From: Carpediemonas membranifera BICM
Lineage: Eukaryota > Protista > Fornicata
Assembly (NCBI GenBank): GCA_019828565.1
Contig: JAHDYR010000062.1
Location: forward strand, 74,801-138,800
DNA length: 64,000 nt
Direction of reading: 5' to 3'
The notes under the pieces were generated by a model. It worked only from the letters and a program-made list of their open reading frames with translations, did no database searches and had not been told where the DNA came from. Shown here piece after piece: positions 11,633 to 21,612 of the stretch (the first letter of the stretch is position 1; each line of letters opens with the position of its first letter). A program made the position numbers and the translations under genes.

Positions 11633-11790
11633 GCGAAAATAACAGTGCATTGCTGTATTCCAAATGTATGACTTATAGTGCAATGCACTGTTATTTTCGC
11701 AGAGCCGAACTTGGACGTGGCCAGAAACTGACATCGCTGAAAAGCTCAGAGACGTCGTTATATCATCTATAACGGCATCTCTGAGCTTTT
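11633..11790. repeat. Two adjacent inverted repeats in an AT-rich spacer
   Basis: Perfect 21-bp arms 11633-11653/11680-11700; 23-bp arms with 2 mismatches 11740-11762/11768-11790. Confidence 0.9.
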
Positions 11791-12076
11791 AAGCACAGTT
11801 TCATCCTGACGTGGAGATTGATGCTTGATAAATTGAAGAATCGACTAGGAGAGCTCTACGCTTGCATGCAGCCTTCTATTAGGTTGTTGATGTTGGTTAT
11901 ATGCTTCTTTTTCGTTCTCGATGCGTGTGGATGAGTATTCTGTTGCAAGATTCATTTTGATGGACTGATGTTGGTTATAGAGGATAAAGGCACCAGAATG
12001 GATCATATGCATGCTATAAACCGTTCTGTGCCGTTGGTCGGACGGCTTCAGAAGTCATTGTATAGAAGGAGATCGT

Positions 12077-13386
12077 TTAATGGTCATCACATACATCATG
12101 GTATTGCGGGGAATCATGGTAGTGAGGTGATTCGATTTCGAGACTCGGTGGTGAACTGCGGACAGGAGATGGAGGCGGACTTACAACAGGCGTGGCGGGG
12201 GCTGGCGTTGAAGGCGGAGTGGGGGATGGAGACGGGCACGGAGATGGATACGGCGAGCTGTACGGCATACACCTTACTGGAAGCGGCATCTCCGGCCACT
12301 TGACGAACCTGCACCGCCGGGCAGTTAAATCTTCAGGCCTCTTCTTGTTCCGTTTTAGTTTCGTCATCGCTCTGTGCAGAACAAGACGCAATTTTCGCAC
12401 AACATTTACGTATTTACCCAGTTATGTGTCGGTATATGTTCAAACCACGGCCAGGCCCCACCGGGGGTGAGTGTTGGGCATGCGCCGGTGTTCTTAGGAC
12501 TCATGGTTTCGAGTTCAATGCTACGACCCTTTCGAATCGCATCTCTAAACTTTTCCTCCAGGACCCCAGTTGGCAGCAGTCGACCATTCTCTTTCGCTGA
12601 TCTACAGAGAGTAAGACCTGTTCAGTGTCATCTAACAGAAGCGGACTCGGCTTGGCGACGCATTCATGCACGCGCATGATGACCTTGAGCTTGTCAAGAC
12701 ATTCGGCAGCAGTGGGACGCTTCGTTGGGTCGAAGTGGAGCATCTGCATTGCCAGGTCGTACATTCCGAGGCAAGTGGGTGGCGTTGTGCCGCGAATCGG
12801 TAGTGCAGAGTTCACGTTCACGAAGTTGAGACAATCTCTGAGCGGTTCGAGTGTCTTACGTGACAACTGCAACTGCCCACCATAGAAGTGGCACCAGTTC
12901 AGCAAGCTACCAAGCTTCAGCATCTTATTCTTCTTCTTGTTGTCGATCTGCGCCATGTCAGTCACCTTCGCGGCAAAGGGGGACTTGGGGAGACCGTAAA
13001 AGAGCAATGACTACACCGCACGAGTAAATGTCGGAGGCAGGTGTGACGACATGAAGAACAGGCGGGAAGAGCCGATGCAGTCATGCGCGTATGCTTGGAG
13101 GTCTCGTATGGCGCTCGTTGACGGCGGAATGACCGAACACGAACACACTTTGAACATTTCTGGGGGTAAATACCCATGCGTGCCGCGATATTCGGATGCC
13201 GATTTCAGTTCTATGGCCCAGTTCTCGTCGCGACAAGCCGGCTTCGTCATAGCAGAACTTCTTCATCAACGAAGTCTGTGCAGGATATGATTGAAATGAT
13301 TGAAAAGAAACAGCCTGACATAAGACCCACCCAACCTTACATGGGTCATTGAAGGGTTGTGTGCCACGCTCTTGGTGCTGTGTCAT
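12077..13386 (-). pseudogene. Truncated, frameshifted protein kinase paralogue of 17404-18657
   Basis: RGTHGYLPPE and YDLAMQMLHFDPTKRPTAAECL fragments. Shares downstream sequence CATGGTAGTGAGGTGATTCGAT with ~17373. N-lobe and catalytic loop not seen. Confidence 0.75.
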
Positions 13387-13421
13387 TGCTGCGTATAAAC
13401 TGCTGGTATAAACTGCGTAGA

Positions 13422-14267
13422 ATGCAGCAAGAAAGTGGAACTGTCAACTTTTGCTGCGATTGCTTTCCGGAAGAGCTTGCGCGTCGTGTCTATGCAAATT
13501 GGGCGGACATGGGCGAAGCCGCGATGAAGATAGACGCCTTGCCTTTCGATGATGACCAAATTGTCGAGCTTGACGGCCAATCGCTCATTTCTCTGAAGTG
13601 CAGCACATGCATGGTGTCAAAGGGCGATGACATGATGTATGGTTTGGTCACGGCTGGCGATGTTGATGAGGGAGAAGTGCTCGGGATTGCCAAGGGTGTT
13701 CTTAGCGATCAGCCTTCTCGGATTCAGCTATCGTCACAGCTGCACCTCATGACTCCTGATGAAGCATGCGTCAACAAGCTTTGCCATCATTCGGCTGCTG
13801 GCAACTGCAGGTTTGCCCTATTCAAGGTGGATAAGAAGCCGATCTGCTTCTTGGTTGCCACCAGCAAGATCCCAAAGGACAAGGTCATCCTTGAAGGTGG
13901 CGGCACTGACGATAATGTCTTTGTCGTGGTTAAGCATGCGAGGAATCGTGATGTACCGAAGGACGTGAAGCACTCAATTTCTCGCGTGGTCCAGGAGGAT
14001 GCAGAGAAGGCGAAGAAGTTAGATGTAATGAAGTCGAAGAAGAAGGCGAAGGCAAAGAAAAAGGAAGCAGACATGACGGAGGAGGAGAAGTACAGATTAG
14101 AGCAGAAGAAGCTAAGAAAAGCATGCGCCAATGGGAGCTGGGAGCCTTCTAAGAAGAAGAAGACGACTGTGAAGAGAAAGGGTACCAAATCGAGGTTGAC
14201 GAAGAAGGACAAGGTGGCCATGACGCACAATGCGAAGACGTTGGACGAGTTCCTTAAACTGTTTTAA
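13422..14267 (+). CDS. Divergent SET-domain-like protein with Lys-rich tail
   Basis: YGLVTAGDVDEGEVLG...G, KLCHHSAAGNC (cf. RFINHSCxPN), ICFLVATSKIPKDKVI (cf. IxxxAxRDIxxGEEL). The terminal YDY motif is absent. Confidence 0.65.
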   Translation: MQQESGTVNFCCDCFPEELARRVYANWADMGEAAMKIDALPFDDDQIVELDGQSLISLKCSTCMVSKGDDMMYGLVTAGDVDEGEVLGIAKGVLSDQPSRIQLSSQLHLMTPDEACVNKLCHHSAAGNCRFALFKVDKKPICFLVATSKIPKDKVILEGGGTDDNVFVVVKHARNRDVPKDVKHSISRVVQEDAEKAKKLDVMKSKKKAKAKKKEADMTEEEKYRLEQKKLRKACANGSWEPSKKKKTTVKRKGTKSRLTKKDKVAMTHNAKTLDEFLKLF

Positions 14268-14355
14268 CCTTTATGTCTCTTCAGCCCGCAGAGACGCCTT
14301 CGAATAGTGGGGTTTAGAGGCGCGCTGATCGAGTCAATGGTCAACAATTGCATCT

Positions 14356-15213
14356 TTACACTGTAGAGAACATACCGAGCTCTCTTAAAAACTGGTAAAT
14401 CTCAACCTCCATCTCTTGACGAGCAATCTGCCGTTCTTCAGTCATGGAAAGATGGTTGCGAAGCTTCTTTCTCTCATCAGACGGCATTGTCAGGCAAGCT
14501 TCGTCGTAGGTGGCATTGCTCGTGGACAGGATAAAGAAATCAGCATTGATCGCTTCAGGGGAGAAGCAGGAGACAATCTTGTTCCAAGGGAGGTTTGGAA
14601 ACACCTTCGCCAGGTGTTCGCGCAAGGCAGCGCGAAGATTGGTCGAGAAAAACTTCTCGTCACTGCGAGGAAGGCAGTACTTGGAGAATTTCTTCGTATC
14701 CTTCAGCTTCAGGAACCGACGCTGTTCTTCAGGATCCAGGCGAGCATGTGGCACATCTGGCGTTGCGTCAAGAGCAACCGCTAAGGTGTCAAGCAGTGTC
14801 TTCATATCTTCTGTCGCAGCAGTCTCAGGGTCAACGCTGCGGAAGGCATGCAGCGCTGATTGGTAAGCAGCTTCTGCCCGCGCTGCCACCTCGTCCTTCC
14901 TCGATGGGTTCATGTGGACAGACTCGGACTCAGTGTTGAATGCAAGTCGGAAACCAGCTCGTGTTGAATTCTTGACCATCTGCTTGAAGTTGTGCGCCTC
15001 CGTCTTCTTGATGCACGACAGAATAGTTTCTTGGATATCAGCATCAGCCTTTTGCAGGACTGCCGTGCAATTCTCCAACGCGGCCTGAGACAACGGCTTG
15101 TAGGTGCGGTACGACGAAGTATTCGCTCTCCGCGCAGCTATCGCTGCTAACTGCTTGCGAGGCGCCTTTCCACCTTGCGTAGGCCGGCGAGCCGTTTGCT
15201 TTGTTCTAGCCAT
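14356..15213 (-). CDS. Histone H3 N-terminal tail mimic fused to an unknown helical domain
   Basis: Starts [30 protein letters not shown]; the remaining ~255 aa lack H3 histone-fold motifs. Confidence 0.9.
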   Translation of the reverse strand: [285 protein letters not shown]

Positions 15214-15274
15214 CGTCTTCTGAATGCAGAATTATATGCAATACATTTCTCACATAAAGCTGCTTTAAAGTGCG

Positions 15275-16955
15275 ATGCCATTTTCTCACCCTCAATTTGG
15301 CATTGGCGTCATGAACGACGATCAGACATTTTTCAATGCAATGGGGTGGAGAAATCGATATCTGGATGGATCAAAGCTGTTTGAATGTGTCTGTGGGGAC
15401 ATCAGTAGCGAAACACGCAACGTCGGTTTTCCCTCGCCATCCCGACGTCACAAGTGCACCCGTACTGCACTGGCGCTGAAGAATACACGTGTCCTCATCG
15501 TGTTCGAGCCAACCTATGGGTTCGTTGCTGGAGATAGCAGGCAGTTTTCGATTGATGAATCTGTCTCCATTGGAGGGCACGCAGAACGCATTCGTCAGAT
15601 CTTTGCGGCAATGCATAGCGAGTATACGGTTATCGAGACGGCCCAGTTCGAGAACGAGGACGATTTTGAGGCGAAAATCAAGGAATTCGGCAAGCTGTAT
15701 GGTGACTATGAGACTTTTTTTCATTATCACTGGTCACTCGGACTCTGATGGTCGGTTTGTGGTCGATGCCCGCACGATACCAGCCATCTGGACAACTGCC
15801 TTCGACTTCATCGAGGCAATTCTGAAGAATTATGAGAGTCATGTCTGCAAGTTCGCCCGAATCATGGGTGTGTATATTGCCGCCTGCCAGTCTTCCGCCC
15901 GTGACCCACGGCCGATCTTTCAGTTGTATTCTGGCAAGTTCAAGTTCACAATGCAACGGTGTGTGGTGCTTTTGACACCAGATGAGCTACCCGCCGTCGA
16001 ACTTGCCGCCCATGACGCCACGTGGCTCATCAGAATCATGACTCAGCCAGATCACCTCCATGAGATCGCGCAATTCTGGTTCTGGATGTCCAAGCTCTCG
16101 TACATGAAGCGAAGAGTCATTATCGCAAGACCTGACGGTTGTGCAAAAGCGAAGATCGTATCGGAGGAAGACGCAAGACTCCCGCCGCGTTGTTATCCTT
16201 TGCTTAACAAGGTTTACCGGCCTGCGTACCCGAACTTCGATTCCACTGCTAAGATCGTCGACTTTCGCTCTCTGCTCTTGATCAAGTCTGAACACGAGTC
16301 ATCTGTGGCCATTGAGTCTCACATCAACAATATGATTGAGAAGAAAGAGATTCCAATCGGCACCAGCGGTCAGCCACAGTCCTTCGTTGAGGAAATTGTG
16401 AATGGGTTGAAGTCATGGAGGAAATACTCGACACACCGTGATGGCAGCTGTGTTGCGCACTGCTGTTGCATGATTAGGGACGGCCATTTCCGGGATATGA
16501 CCACCCTGACCCACAGAACAGATCTTGAGGCAGCCATGGCTTTGCGTGCCGAGCTGGTGGAAAGCCGGGTGAAGCGGACGGCTCTGACGGAGGATTCCGC
16601 TAAGGCAGAACTGTTTTCCAAGATGGGCTGGCTTACCGATGATGCTGTGCGAGAGTTTTCCATGATCTACATGCGTAATGTCATCATGGTGTGCAACAAC
16701 GGTAATAATTCTACAGTGATATTGTTCACACATGGTCACCAGTTTTGGGGTTTGTACCCTTCTGGCGACTCAGCTGCTGATCGTTGTGAGAATTTCCAGG
16801 TGTTCTGTTCCAGACATGGCATTACCCACTTTATTCTGCTCCAGGACGACCATGCGGAACTTGTCAGTCTCCCAGAGGGTATCAAAAGAAAAGCGCAAAT
16901 ACAGGAAGGCGCTCCGTCATCCACAAGTAGACAAAAAGATGATGAGAGTGATTAA
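15275..16955 (+). CDS. Caspase-like (clan CD) + OTU-like double cysteine-protease protein, with a 1-nt frameshift at a T7 run (15715-15721)
   Basis: FFIITGHS and VYIAACQS (His-Cys dyad pattern); RDGSCVAH...MGWLTD...LLQDDHAELV (OTU pattern). Removing one T fuses the two ORFs. Confidence 0.65.
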
Positions 16956-17403
16956 CAGTAAGTACAAGATAGAAGCAAAGAAAGTAGTGTAAAGATCATT
17001 CTGGAAGCGCCTTCCACATATTCCTCAGCGGCCGCCAGCTGCTTTTTGCCGGTAGAGTTCCAGGCCATATCGTCCGGTCGGGTCTTCTGCCTGGGTACTA
17101 CAGGAACGAACACTGTATCACAGCCACCCCACTCCAGTTCGATTCGAGCGTCTACTGGACTGATTTTTCGGTTTTAGTGTAAACAACTGGGTATTGTCTA
17201 TAAAGCCAGCGCAAGGCTGCAGCACGGGAAACAAGCTCAGTCCGGGGTCAGAATCCAAGCACCATAAATTTCTTTCTTTCTTTCTTTTCTTTTCAAGGCT
17301 GCAGCATATCTCCTTTATATCTGGTCGAGTATGCGGCCTCATCTCTTTCTTTGAAGGTGAATGCGATCATCCCATGGTAGTGAGGTGATTCGATACTGGG
17401 CGG

Positions 17404-18657
17404 TTACATATCAATAATCAATGATAGATCACGATGAACCCTCCAAACTCGTCCTCTTCTCTTTGTGTGGGGGTTCATGATGCTTCTGTAATCTTGGTGG
17501 TGTGTCTTGCAAGTTATTGTTCGATTATCGTGAACCGGCATGCCACATGCAATGCATCGGCCAGCAAATCGGGTTTCTCGAAGTGCTTCAACGGTGAGTT
17601 TGGCGGCAGCGAGCGTTTCCTGAGAGATTGTCACCTGGTCGTTGATCATCAGTGGTGTTGATGCGAACGTTACTGCTAGGGCGGCGATATCGTTGAGATG
17701 TTCAGCGCACATCAAAGCTATGGGTCTATCCTCCGGATTATAGCTGAGCATCCCCATTGCAAGGTCATAAAGGCTCCTATACTGTGTCGGAGGGCTTCCT
17801 CTCGTGCAGAGAGTCGGATTGATCATCAAACCACGGGCTGCATTCTTCTTCTTGCTGTGTATCGTGATTTCGCGGCCGTAGAAGTACGCCATGTTATATA
17901 GAGCGCCAATATGCTCGTCTGGGTTACTTGGCTTGCCACCATCCACTCTCACAGATCGAAATGGAGACTTATCCAGTCGCAATGCCATCATGAGGACGAT
18001 AACGCCGCAGGAAAAGATGTCGTATGCCGCATCAACTGTGTGCATGTTGGTGTTTCTGGTTGTGGTGTTCCTGGAAGCCTGGAAGGGGTTCAAATTCTGT
18101 GGTTCCCGCATAGCTACTGTACAATGCTTCGATTTCCGACTGAGTTCGTCGGCACGAAGCTCGGGGGGGATAAAACCAGGTGTCCCTCTCATGTCTTGTC
18201 CCATATACCTGTTAATCCCAGTAGGAGCCTCTATTTTGATGGCAGAGCCGAAGTCAATGAGTAATCCACCGTCTTCTCGGTTGAAAAGGTAGTTGTCGGG
18301 CTTGATGTCGCCGTGGATGAATCCATTCTCATGCACATGGCTGAGAGCTAACAGTAAGTGCCGCAAGTAGCGACATTGATCCGGTACTGGTAGTGCCAGA
18401 ACGTCTCGCCACGACATATGGTCAACAAAGCGAGTGGCAAACGCTTGATCGCTGTCAACAAAGCCCACATCGACGATTGTAACAATAAATGGGCTTTTCA
18501 TTGCCTGAAGTATCGTCTTTTCGTGTGTCAGGCGAAGTGTCATACAGTTATCGACCTTGACGACAGTTTTGACCCCGCTAATGTCGGCAATGTACGTATT
18601 ACTGTAGTTAGTCTTGTGTAGTTGCGTCAAATCGGCAGCGGAGAGCTTAAAGACCAT
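17404..18657 (-). CDS. Ser/Thr protein kinase (Cdc7-reminiscent) with C-terminal Cys/His motif
   Basis: VVK, IHGDIKPDNYLFN, LLIDFG, RGTPGFIPPE, DIFSCG, MLSYNPEDRP; CIAC...CKTHH. The Gly-rich loop is degenerate and the 3' end may be spliced. Confidence 0.9.
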   Translation of the reverse strand: MVFKLSAADLTQLHKTNYSNTYIADISGVKTVVKVDNCMTLRLTHEKTILQAMKSPFIVTIVDVGFVDSDQAFATRFVDHMSWRDVLALPVPDQCRYLRHLLLALSHVHENGFIHGDIKPDNYLFNREDGGLLIDFGSAIKIEAPTGINRYMGQDMRGTPGFIPPELRADELSRKSKHCTVAMREPQNLNPFQASRNTTTRNTNMHTVDAAYDIFSCGVIVLMMALRLDKSPFRSVRVDGGKPSNPDEHIGALYNMAYFYGREITIHSKKKNAARGLMINPTLCTRGSPPTQYRSLYDLAMGMLSYNPEDRPIALMCAEHLNDIAALAVTFASTPLMINDQVTISQETLAAAKLTVEALRETRFAGRCIACGMPVHDNRTITCKTHHQDYRSIMNPHTKRRGRVWRVHRDLSLIIDM

Positions 18658-19106
18658 TTCCACAGACGTCTGTTGCAAAAATGACTTTAAAGTGCGTTTT
18701 TGGCAGATTTTGCAACAGACGTCTGTTGAAATTGGTTTTGAGTACGAATTGTGAAATTTTGAGTCTATCTGCTGAATCAGGAGGCCATTTTGAGTAATCT
18801 AAGACTCACCTCGAACATGTGTCAAATCTGGCAAATCAGAAGTCAATAAAAAAAGGGCAGAGAGGAGGAAGCGACCCATAAGGCGTACTTATGGACCATT
18901 TCCTCCCCCCAGCCCGATTTTTGAGTCTGAACTCCCAAGGAATAATTGTCCCTATGTTACTTTTTTCTAGCAGGATTTAAAGCTCAAAACTACGCATGAG
19001 TAGTCCTCATGTGTAGGCATGTATTCAACCTCATTTATAGATTATGAATACAGCTCGTTGTTGATTTATTTTTTTTCTTACCGAGTCGAAATGCTAGGGG
19101 CTTTCC

Positions 19107-19160
19107 CCCGAGGAAATTCCCCTACCCAATAAGGGAAATTCCTGAACCCTGGACAGTATG
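19107..19160 (-). repeat. Right TIR of giant element
   Basis: Reverse complement of 2440-2493 with one mismatch. Confidence 0.95.
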
Positions 19161-19410
19161 TCAGGAGACCGGCGGGAGGATTAGCGACAGTGGCATGTCC
19201 TCGCATGATCTCGAATGCCCATGCGGCAATCATCCTTCCAGGGAGAGCCCGTGCAATCTCCGAGTTCTCCACCAACGTCCTCATTCCCTGTGTTATCGCG
19301 GAGTTATCAACATTACCATCCTCAGCTGTAGATAAAACATCTTTGAATGGGCATCCAGCCCTGTTGTGGTTCTTGCAGCTGCACAGGCTACACGTTACAG
19401 TTCTCACCAT
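19161..19410 (-). pseudogene. 5' half of IS630 accessory ORF2 (CCHC zinc knuckle)
   Basis: CSLCSCKNHNRAGC and LPGRMIAAWAFEI...PPAGLL match 36380-36817. Confidence 0.85.
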
Positions 19411-19667
19411 CTGTCGTCAATCAAAAAGTTCCAGGCCTAATCAAAATGATGTTCATTTTTAGAGTAAAAGAGCAATAGCAGGATTTAAAGTTTGATACTG
19501 CGCATGCGTATTGCTTAGGTATAGCCAAGTACTACCATACCACTTTGAAGATCCAGCTCCGTCTCATCGTCGAGTTCATTTTTTCTTGCAAAATGACTTA
19601 AAGTCAAGTTTTGTCCTTGACTTTAAGTCACAAAAACTTGACTTGAAGTCAAGGAATTGACAGTATG

Positions 19668-20260
19668 GGAGTGAGCCGAGCGCCCTCACCCCGTACGACC
19701 TCCGCATCGAGGATAGCCGCGTCGTCAACGCGAGACCGTACTTTGTTCCTCCGCCCAAGCAGCACATTATCCAAGAACACATCAACGAGCTGCTGACTAA
19801 CGGGTTTATTGAGCCATCCGTGTCCGTATACGGGTCACCCTCACTTATCGTACCGAAGAAACAGCATAAGACGCGCTTTGTCGTTGACTTCCGCACTATC
19901 AACGAGATGACCACTCCATTTGATTATCCTATACCAAGGATTGACGAGTGTCTAGCTGCCTTATCCGGCGCGTCGATCTTCGCCACGATGGACCTCACTG
20001 CTGGCTATCACCAGGTCGAGATAACCCCACGGTCCAGACACCTCACCGCCTTTGTCACGCAAGTACCAGTACAAACGAATGCCCTTTGGCTTACGCAACG
20101 CCGGGGCTCACTTCGGACACGCGAGCTACTGGTCCGCTGGGAGGGCGACTGGACACTCGACTGGATGCGATACAGCAGAAATATCAGCCACCTCGCAGTG
20201 GTCGAAGATTACCTGCGCCACAACAAGCTGCGATGGAAGGTCCTTCCCGAAGAGGGGTAG
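19668..20260 (+). pseudogene. Internally deleted Ty3/Gypsy pol remnant (RT start joined to chromodomain end) with PPT-like tract
   Basis: RFVVDFRTIN, DLTAGYHQ, RMPFGLRNAG, then LLVRWEG; GAAGAGGGGTAG at ~20249-20260. Confidence 0.85.
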
Positions 20261-20640
20261 TATGACGCGCCCGTCTATCATCTGATTAATTTCTTAAATA
20301 AGGCACTTGAAGCTTTGAAGCCGCCGTTCACGGCAGTGGTACCACTTGTTAGCGCGCTGTGTAATTAGAATGATCTTACGTGAGGCATTCCGCCCCTCCA
20401 CGGTCGTAAAACGGCCGTTTGAATATTGATTAGATCAAATGAGCGCCTAAAACTGCTCATTGTGATGATCTTCGTGTTTCTCTTGGTATGTATTGCTGTT
20501 TTCAAGTGAAAATGACCACACCATTCATTAAACACAGTTTCGAAGCAATTAAACACACGTGTTTAAGCTGGCCAACAGATGTTTCGAAACTCGCTTTGCA
20601 AGCAGTTTTTGACCAGTTGAAAGCTAGAAAGTGGTCAGAA

Positions 20641-21612
20641 ATGTACTCAGAAGACCTGGCGTGGCGAGCGATTATACTGTACGATATGTATCACTGGTCT
20701 TTTAGACAGATAGCCACAACTCTTCATCTAGGAAGTCACAACACTGTGAGGAAGTGGTATGCACGCCTTACGGAGCAGCAGAGAGAGAGACAAACTCCAG
20801 GACCAAAGAGTAGTGTTACTGAAGATATGAAGAGCTACATTTCCGTGCTCCTGGACGACGATCCCTGCTTCTACCTTGACGAAGTAATAGAAAAGGTTCA
20901 AGAACAGTTTAATAGGGAGCTGTCGCTATCGACAATGAGGCGAGTGATACACAATGATCTTGGCTTCACCAGAAAGGTGATCGACCGCCGCGCCCAAGAA
21001 GCCCGCAAGTGGGAGTTTAACCGGTTCGTCAACGAGCTCTACCCTCTATACCAGGGCATGGATCAGCTTGTGTTCGGTGACGAGACCGCCAAAGATCTAA
21101 GGGCCGGCCGCCGTCTGCGTGGCTACTCACGAAAGGGCGAGCGCTGCAAGGTCGTATTGCCCTTTGCCCGCGGCCAGCGGTATTCAATCTGCGCATGGCA
21201 GAACAGCGAAGGGTTCTTGGGCCATTCGATAACGGAAGGAACATTCACCTCCCACTCCTTCTACTATGCGTTCTTGAAGGACGTATACTACCGTCTTTCT
21301 CCATAGCCTGGACCCAATAGCATCGTGATTATTGACAACGCACGTATACACAAGCTCCCAGAGCTTAGGACCGCCATCGAGCAAGTCGGGGCGAAACTGA
21401 TCTTCCTTCCGCCTTACAACCCGCACCTCAACCCGATAGAGCAGACGTTTGGAATCATCAAGAGCCGCCTTGCTCGTAGCCGGGCCATTTACGAGACAGA
21501 CCCGCTCAACACTCTTCGCCTCGTGTTCACTGAGGCATGCCACCCTAATAACCACAGCCTCTTCAGCCATCACGGCTACCACGACACCTTCTTTGAAGTC
21601 AGCCTCAAGTAA
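20641..21612 (+). pseudogene. DD34E transposase with one in-frame TAG (21304-21306)
   Basis: VFGDET, P*PGPNSIVIIDNARIH, FLPPYNPHLNPIE. Confidence 0.9.

Larger units (their letters stand above)
2440..19160. mobile_element. Giant (16,721 bp) cargo-carrying DNA transposon, CMC(EnSpm/Mirage/Chapaev)/Transib-like
   Basis: 54-bp TIRs with one mismatch and a TC duplication at 2438-2439/19161-19162. Removing the element restores the host ORF2 reading (GLLKPHS). Contains a DDE-like transposase ORF. Confidence 0.92.
1229..19475 (+). mobile_element. IS630/Tc1-like element (~1.5 kb) split by a 16.7-kb insertion
   Basis: Imperfect TIRs TTGCTCTTT...AAAAATGAACA at both ends. TA duplicated at 1227-1228 and 19476-19477. 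The empty site TTTTTTC-TA-GCAGGATTTAAAG is visible at 18961-18982. Confidence 0.9.
1..19667. mobile_element. Right part of a second (outer) giant CATACTGTC-terminus DNA transposon; left end lies outside the window; interrupted by the IS630 element 1229-19475
   Basis: ~1060-1228 joined to 19476-19510 is colinear with the subterminal region of the inner giant element (~18800-18990). It ends in ...GACAGTATG at 19667, the same terminus as the inner element, after AAGTCAAG/CTTGACTT subterminal repeats. Confidence 0.6.

Noticed and set aside
12077-12470. Independent Pro-rich or Gly-rich ORFs
   Set aside because: Low-complexity tail of the decayed kinase paralogue and its antisense shadow.
14356-15213. 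Ordinary histone H3 gene
   Set aside because: 285 aa, with no recognisable histone-fold motifs after the tail.
2440-19160. Polinton/Maverick, virophage or giant-virus insertion
   Set aside because: No pPolB, packaging ATPase, retroviral-type integrase or recognisable capsid. The TSD is 2 bp, not 5-6 bp. Two cargo ORFs remain unidentified.
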